Shown piece by piece: positions 31,809 through 33,916 of a stretch of DNA of 33,916 nt. The stretch covers positions 22,890,465-22,924,380 of the forward strand of contig NC_068986.1 in the NCBI RefSeq assembly GCF_001194135.2, given 5' to 3'. Within the stretch, counting starts at the first letter, position 1. Each line of letters opens with the position of its first letter. The notes below the pieces were generated by a model that was not told the DNA's origin, did no database searches, and was given only the letters and a program-made list of their open reading frames with translations. The position numbers and the translations under genes are program-made. Source of the DNA: Octopus bimaculoides (taxonomy: Eukaryota).

Positions 31809-32862
31809 TGTTAGAAAGAATAACCTTTCTTAGCTGCCATCTTTTTTCAATATAGAGCTTTTGTTGAATCAAGGAAAATATTAAAGGTCAACTTATATTT
31901 ATAACATTGAAATCCTTGAAACGGCTCGTTTGATACCTGACCTCCAAGTGTTGATTATTATGACCAAGTTCTCTTCCCTAGTACTCAATATCGCTATATT
32001 TACATTCTACATATGCATAAAGTATATGTAAGTTGTTCAGCTGGCTGGAAAAACGGGTTGTATGAACTTGCTACATAAATTATAAAATATGATAATAACA
32101 ATAGCGTCCTGACGCAGTGCCAGGCACTGGCTCTCATAGCTTCTGATCTTAACTGATCGTTATAATGTACATGTTTTGTTTTGGTATAAAAGATAGACTA
32201 CAGCAAATATTCTGCTCAATACCACAGATTTGCTTGTCAGTTGTATGACCATAACCAGCTGAGCATGTCCCTTGGTGGCAGACGATATGTGCGATTCTAA
32301 TCACGAGCAGGAGAAATGGAGAAGCATCATAACTATGTGTTGAGAGGAATTCTCTGGGGTTTGAATAATTCACCTCTGGAAACATGGGTGTTTCGTTCAA
32401 CATCCTTAAACAACCATTATTCAGGGACCTTTTGAGCAGGATGGGCTACTCGACCTGAAGAAAATTGTAACTAGGCCCCACTTGCAAGGTCATACGCTGT
32501 TTATCTTGATAAGAGGTAACCATGTCGCGCACATATGGTTGTGATGCATGTGCCTGGTACCCTTATCAGACGGGTAGTCATGATGGGTATACTGGGCTTC
32601 GTATATTTCTATCCGTGTCACTTTGATGGCATACACTGCTCTCTCACTCAATAGTAATGATAATAATGATGATGATGATAATGATAATAATGGTAACTGA
32701 AAAGCAGCCAGAAGATATATGTAGTAAACTGAAATCTAATTCTTAATTTTATTTCCAATGTAGGGATTCCCAGGAAGCCAAGGACCACCCGGAGAGCCTG
32801 GAAAAGCTGGTGAACCTGGAACAATTGGAAACACCGGTGTTCCCGGACGAAATGGACCTCGC
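4437..32862 (+). CDS. Fibrillar collagen alpha chain (VWC-containing, COL1/2/3-like), multi-exon and partial at both ends
   Basis: 23 AG/GT-bounded exons splice in one frame without stops. Domain order is VWC - linker - minor helix - N-telopeptide - major (Gly-X-Y)n helix. Helix exons are 45/54/99/108/243 nt and all phase 0. The conserved GPKGHR cross-link motif is present. Confidence 0.96.
4715..5342 (+). mobile_element. Cluster of three tRNA-derived SINEs (family A) separated by (ATT)n
   Basis: ggcggcgagctgg head, gagttcaaattc B-box, gtcgactttgcctttcatcctttcggggtcgataaa core. Confidence 0.85.
5626..5726. mobile_element. 101-bp Tc1/mariner-type MITE
   Basis: 28-bp TIRs starting CAGG (5626-5653 and 5699-5726, 25/28 match), with TA on both flanks. 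Confidence 0.85.
7851..7891 (+). CDS. Collagen micro-exon (41 nt), N-propeptide linker (V)[13 protein letters not shown]
   Basis: ttttgttttatttcag acceptor and gtaagt donor. Converts phase 1 to phase 0 exactly as needed between the VWC exon and downstream exons. Third codon positions are T-rich. Confidence 0.72.
8790..8825 (+). CDS. Collagen micro-exon (36 nt), linker [12 protein letters not shown]
   Basis: tttcttttccgattag acceptor and gtaagt donor, phase 0-0, open frame. Confidence 0.75.
9662..9715 (+). CDS. Collagen exon: minor triple helix [18 protein letters not shown]
   Basis: ttttttcacag acceptor and gtaaga donor, 54 nt, 6 Gly-X-Y triplets. Confidence 0.93.
10966..11143 (+). mobile_element. 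5'-truncated R4/Dong-like RLE-type LINE 3' end following (TAA)n
   Basis: [21 protein letters not shown] resembles the QKxxLxGTAxILR C-terminal motif of RLE-bearing LINEs. It starts directly after the TAA array, and its 3' UTR runs into the N gap at 11144. Confidence 0.7.
12803..12901 (+). CDS. Collagen exon: N-telopeptide [33 protein letters not shown]
   Basis: ctgttgttacag acceptor and gtaagt donor, 99 nt, phase 0-0. Contains a DK-AG candidate lysyl-oxidase site and sits between the minor and major helix exons. Confidence 0.88.
14812..15415 (+). mobile_element. Three tandem degenerate family A SINEs
   Basis: Three gagttcaaatc B-boxes, each followed by the cctttcat...gataaa core. Confidence 0.8.
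15987..16031 (+). CDS. Major helix exon 1 (45 nt) [15 protein letters not shown]
   Basis: ttttccag / gtaagt, equivalent to vertebrate exon 7. Confidence 0.95.
16652..16807 (+). repeat. Partial duplicate of the SINE-SINE junction at 14917-15068
   Basis: Shares ctgctccataa...ccactggcctc...gattcgtt.gagcatcg.ataaat...gagttcaaatcctgcctaggttga. Confidence 0.75.
17204..17257 (+). CDS. Helix exon (54 nt) [18 protein letters not shown]
   Basis: attgcag / gtaagt, Gly every third residue. Confidence 0.95.
17443..17571. repeat. 129-bp foldback palindrome (MITE-like)
   Basis: 46-bp arms at 17443-17488 and 17526-17571 with 40/46 complementarity, plus an internal hairpin gttgttta-acccc-ggggc-taaacaac. 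Confidence 0.8.
18356..18409 (+). CDS. Helix exon (54 nt) [18 protein letters not shown]
   Basis: tgtctctag / gtaagt. Confidence 0.95.
18546..18599 (+). CDS. Helix exon (54 nt) [18 protein letters not shown]
   Basis: cgttttgcag / gtaagt. Confidence 0.95.
19136..19189 (+). CDS. Helix exon (54 nt) [18 protein letters not shown] with the K87-equivalent cross-link site
   Basis: gtttttctag / gtaagt. GxKGHR motif at the end of the exon equivalent to vertebrate exon 11. Confidence 0.96.
19304..19729 (+). mobile_element. Head-to-tail dimer of family A SINE with two different 3' tails
   Basis: Full copy at 19304-19539 ending gggcaataaagaaataag. The second copy starts at aaacgttagcacgcc and ends ggccttgtgcctagagcaaaaaagaat. 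Confidence 0.9.
19978..20031 (+). CDS. Helix exon (54 nt) [18 protein letters not shown]
   Basis: aatttcag / gtaaat. Confidence 0.95.
20193..20291 (+). CDS. Helix exon (99 nt) [33 protein letters not shown]
   Basis: catacttag / gtaagt, equals 45+54. Confidence 0.95.
20993..21235 (+). CDS. Helix exon (243 nt) [10 protein letters not shown]...GEKGSR
   Basis: tttgttcttag / gtaagt, 27 triplets, equals 45+54+99+45. Confidence 0.96.
21450..21664 (+). repeat. 215-bp direct duplicate of 23218-23432
   Basis: 7 mismatches by manual alignment, no indels. Confidence 0.9.
22015..22510 (+). mobile_element. tRNA-derived SINE family B (CORE-like, internal (GT)n), interrupted by an N gap
   Basis: tgtgtggtaagaagcttgcttccc head, gggttcagtccc B-box, caccttg.g.aagtgtct core and ggcggtgctccagtatggcc tail. 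A partial copy lies at ~21925-22014. Confidence 0.8.
22612..22710 (+). CDS. Helix exon (99 nt) [33 protein letters not shown]
   Basis: tctcttttag / gtaagt. Confidence 0.95.
22767..23820 (+). repeat. Degenerate tandem array of about three 290-330-bp units
   Basis: Recurring motifs catctatg...aatgtatatacac, gctgtgTTAA and gaataaaacattcact. TTAA anchors at 22865, 23151 and 23479. Confidence 0.75.
23483..23690. mobile_element. 208-bp TTAA-flanked MITE (piggyBac-like)
   Basis: TTAA at 23479-82 and 23691-94, degenerate TIRs (CCCTTTGCTTGCC vs CCATTTTCCTGTC). Sister tandem units carry a single TTAA at the homologous position. Confidence 0.75.
23867..23974 (+). CDS. Helix exon (108 nt) [10 protein letters not shown]...GSEGKR
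   Basis: ctgtgtttag / gtaagt. Confidence 0.95.
24060..24660. repeat. Compound trinucleotide microsatellite (CAT/CGT/CAC/CAG/CTT)
   Basis: Direct read, source of the homopolymer ORFs in the ORF track. Confidence 0.9.
24786..24839 (+). CDS. Helix exon (54 nt) [18 protein letters not shown]
   Basis: tatctttcag / gtaagt. Confidence 0.95.
26139..26246 (+). CDS. Helix exon (108 nt) [12 protein letters not shown]...GDSGAA
   Basis: ttcctttttag / gtaagt. Confidence 0.95.
26690..27025 (+). mobile_element. Two degenerate family A SINEs
   Basis: Remnants of the B-box, the ctttgcttttcattctttc core and the gctttgtgcctaaa tail. Confidence 0.6.
27670..27714 (+). CDS. Helix exon (45 nt) [15 protein letters not shown]
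   Basis: cactttcag / gtaaga. Confidence 0.95.
28122..28339 (+). mobile_element. Young full-length family A SINE
   Basis: A-box-like tggcagaaacgttagc, B-box gagttcaaattcc, intact core and tail. Inserted in CAC/CAT low-complexity DNA. Confidence 0.9.
28532..28585 (+). CDS. Helix exon (54 nt) [18 protein letters not shown]
   Basis: ttattcttag / gtaagt. Confidence 0.95.
29207..29555 (+). mobile_element. Degenerate family B SINE
   Basis: aagtgtcttctactatagcc, gaagcccgtcgtatata, gcggttcggcaaaagag and gacggtgttccag motifs. Confidence 0.75.
29804..29902 (+). CDS. Helix exon (99 nt) [12 protein letters not shown]...GGKGEI
   Basis: ttgtattag / gtaagt. Confidence 0.95.
29985..30125 (+). mobile_element. 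tRNA-derived SINE fragment with a CORE-like gtgtccttgagcaaggcactt motif
   Basis: tRNA-like head (gggatcaattccc B-box) followed by the core motif. Confidence 0.55.
30518..31012 (+). mobile_element. 5'-truncated family A SINE plus an older copy, interleaved with (AAT)n/(ATT)n/(AGT)n
   Basis: Core at 30518-30652 and a second copy at ~30808-31012 ending cttgaaacc-att. Confidence 0.8.
31087..31194 (+). CDS. Helix exon (108 nt) [10 protein letters not shown]...GPSGLE
   Basis: tcgttttag / gtaaga. Confidence 0.95.
31545..31598 (+). CDS. Helix exon (54 nt) [18 protein letters not shown]
   Basis: atattttag acceptor and CAG|gtatct donor (atypical). Confidence 0.92.
32102..32695 (+). mobile_element. 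~550-bp interspersed repeat with an (AAT/GAT)n tail, probably the 3' UTR of a non-LTR element
   Basis: GC content is higher than the flanks, there is no ORF, and it ends in ctctctcactc-aat... I recognise it from memory as a common octopus repeat, family not verified. Confidence 0.5.
32764..32862 (+). CDS. Helix exon (99 nt) [12 protein letters not shown]...GRNGPR
   Basis: caatgtag / gtaagt. Confidence 0.95.
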
Positions 32863-32974
32863 GTAAGTACCAAACGTTTTTTTCTCTTATTTACTGTTAA
32901 TATAGACATTATGGACAGTGAATGATACAATATTTAGAACGACAGACAAAACACCTTATGAAATTTAGATGTGT

Positions 32975-33560
32975 TTTTATGTTTTGTGTTCAAATCCGAC
33001 CGACATTAATTTTCATCCTTCCAGAACCAATAAAATATTGTGCCTCTCAAGTACTGATGTCTATTAAATTGGCTGGAACTGTTTCCCGCCCCAAATTCGT
33101 GGCCTTATGCTCATCAAACGCACTAAATTAGTGGCTGGAGTGACAGAAACTGTCCCTGTATATGATTTAGGCTACAGCCGTATTGAAATCAACTTTAACT
33201 TTCAGCATCGTAGTGTAGTTAAAAATATGTAATAGAACATACTGGAGCTAATTCAATCGATGATGTCATTGCTCGCAAATGCTTAAGTTTGTTTCATATC
33301 CCCTCTGGTTGCCTTTTCTCAAGCTCGGATCTGACCATCGCATCCTTCGCACACAAATTGGTAGAAGTTTTAAAAGCGTCGGATGACGTACTCTCACGTA
33401 TTTATTTCGGTTCCTTACGTTTGAGCTAAAATACGCTGAAGTCAGCTTTGCATTTTATTCTTCTGGGTTCGATAAATAAAGTGTTATTTTATAGCGGCGA
33501 ACTGGCGGAATCGTTCGAATATTGGATGAGGTACCTGACGGTATTTGTTCGTCATTTTTT
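32975..33560 (+). mobile_element. Several highly degenerate family A SINE copies
   Basis: Residual gttcaaatcc, ttttcatcctt and gggttcgataaa motifs, and a gcggcgaactggcggaatcgtt head. Confidence 0.55.
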
Positions 33561-33846
33561 TGTGTGCTATGAACGATAGACTTGATCCGTAGTCGGTTTA
33601 ATACCTCAATCAGTCATTCAGCAAAGTCTACTTTGGTGCAAGAATATGGCTTAAGACTCCTTCCTCCTTCCCTCCCAACAGACCTGAAAGGTCTGTAAAG
33701 ATGGCATGAGCTTCTCTTCTGACAAAACCCTTTCCTTCTGACTAAGTGACAGAAAAAAATTAATTAATTAAAATTTCAAACTTGTTGCACGTGCAAAACC
33801 AATACCCAGAATTCAAAATTAAATATATAAATGCACACGTACACGT

Positions 33847-33916
<70 letters not shown>

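Overview
AT-rich, microsatellite-dense eukaryotic draft-assembly DNA with 8 N-gaps. The repeat content suggests an octopus or other coleoid cephalopod (inference, not checked by search). The window is almost entirely the interior of one + strand fibrillar collagen alpha-chain gene of the VWC-bearing, COL1/2/3-like type. I can reconstruct 23 GT-AG exons (4437-32862, 1862 coding nt): a truncated 6-Cys VWC exon, two micro-exons, one 54-nt minor-helix exon, a 99-nt N-telopeptide exon, and 18 uninterrupted Gly-X-Y exons. Those 18 total 1485 nt (165 triplets), the same length as human COL1A1 exons 7-30 as I recall them. The true first exon is not securely identified, and the rest of the helix and the C-propeptide lie beyond the window. 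Introns hold many tRNA-derived SINEs, 3' ends of LINEs embedded in microsatellites, several MITE/foldback elements and local duplications. Most long ORFs in the supplied track are microsatellite or gap artefacts. The top leads are an in-frame, signal-peptide-like 5' extension of the telopeptide exon (possible propeptide-less isoform), the reduced N-propeptide, a TTAA MITE with its empty sites visible in sister tandem units, and a strong sense-strand bias of retroelements.
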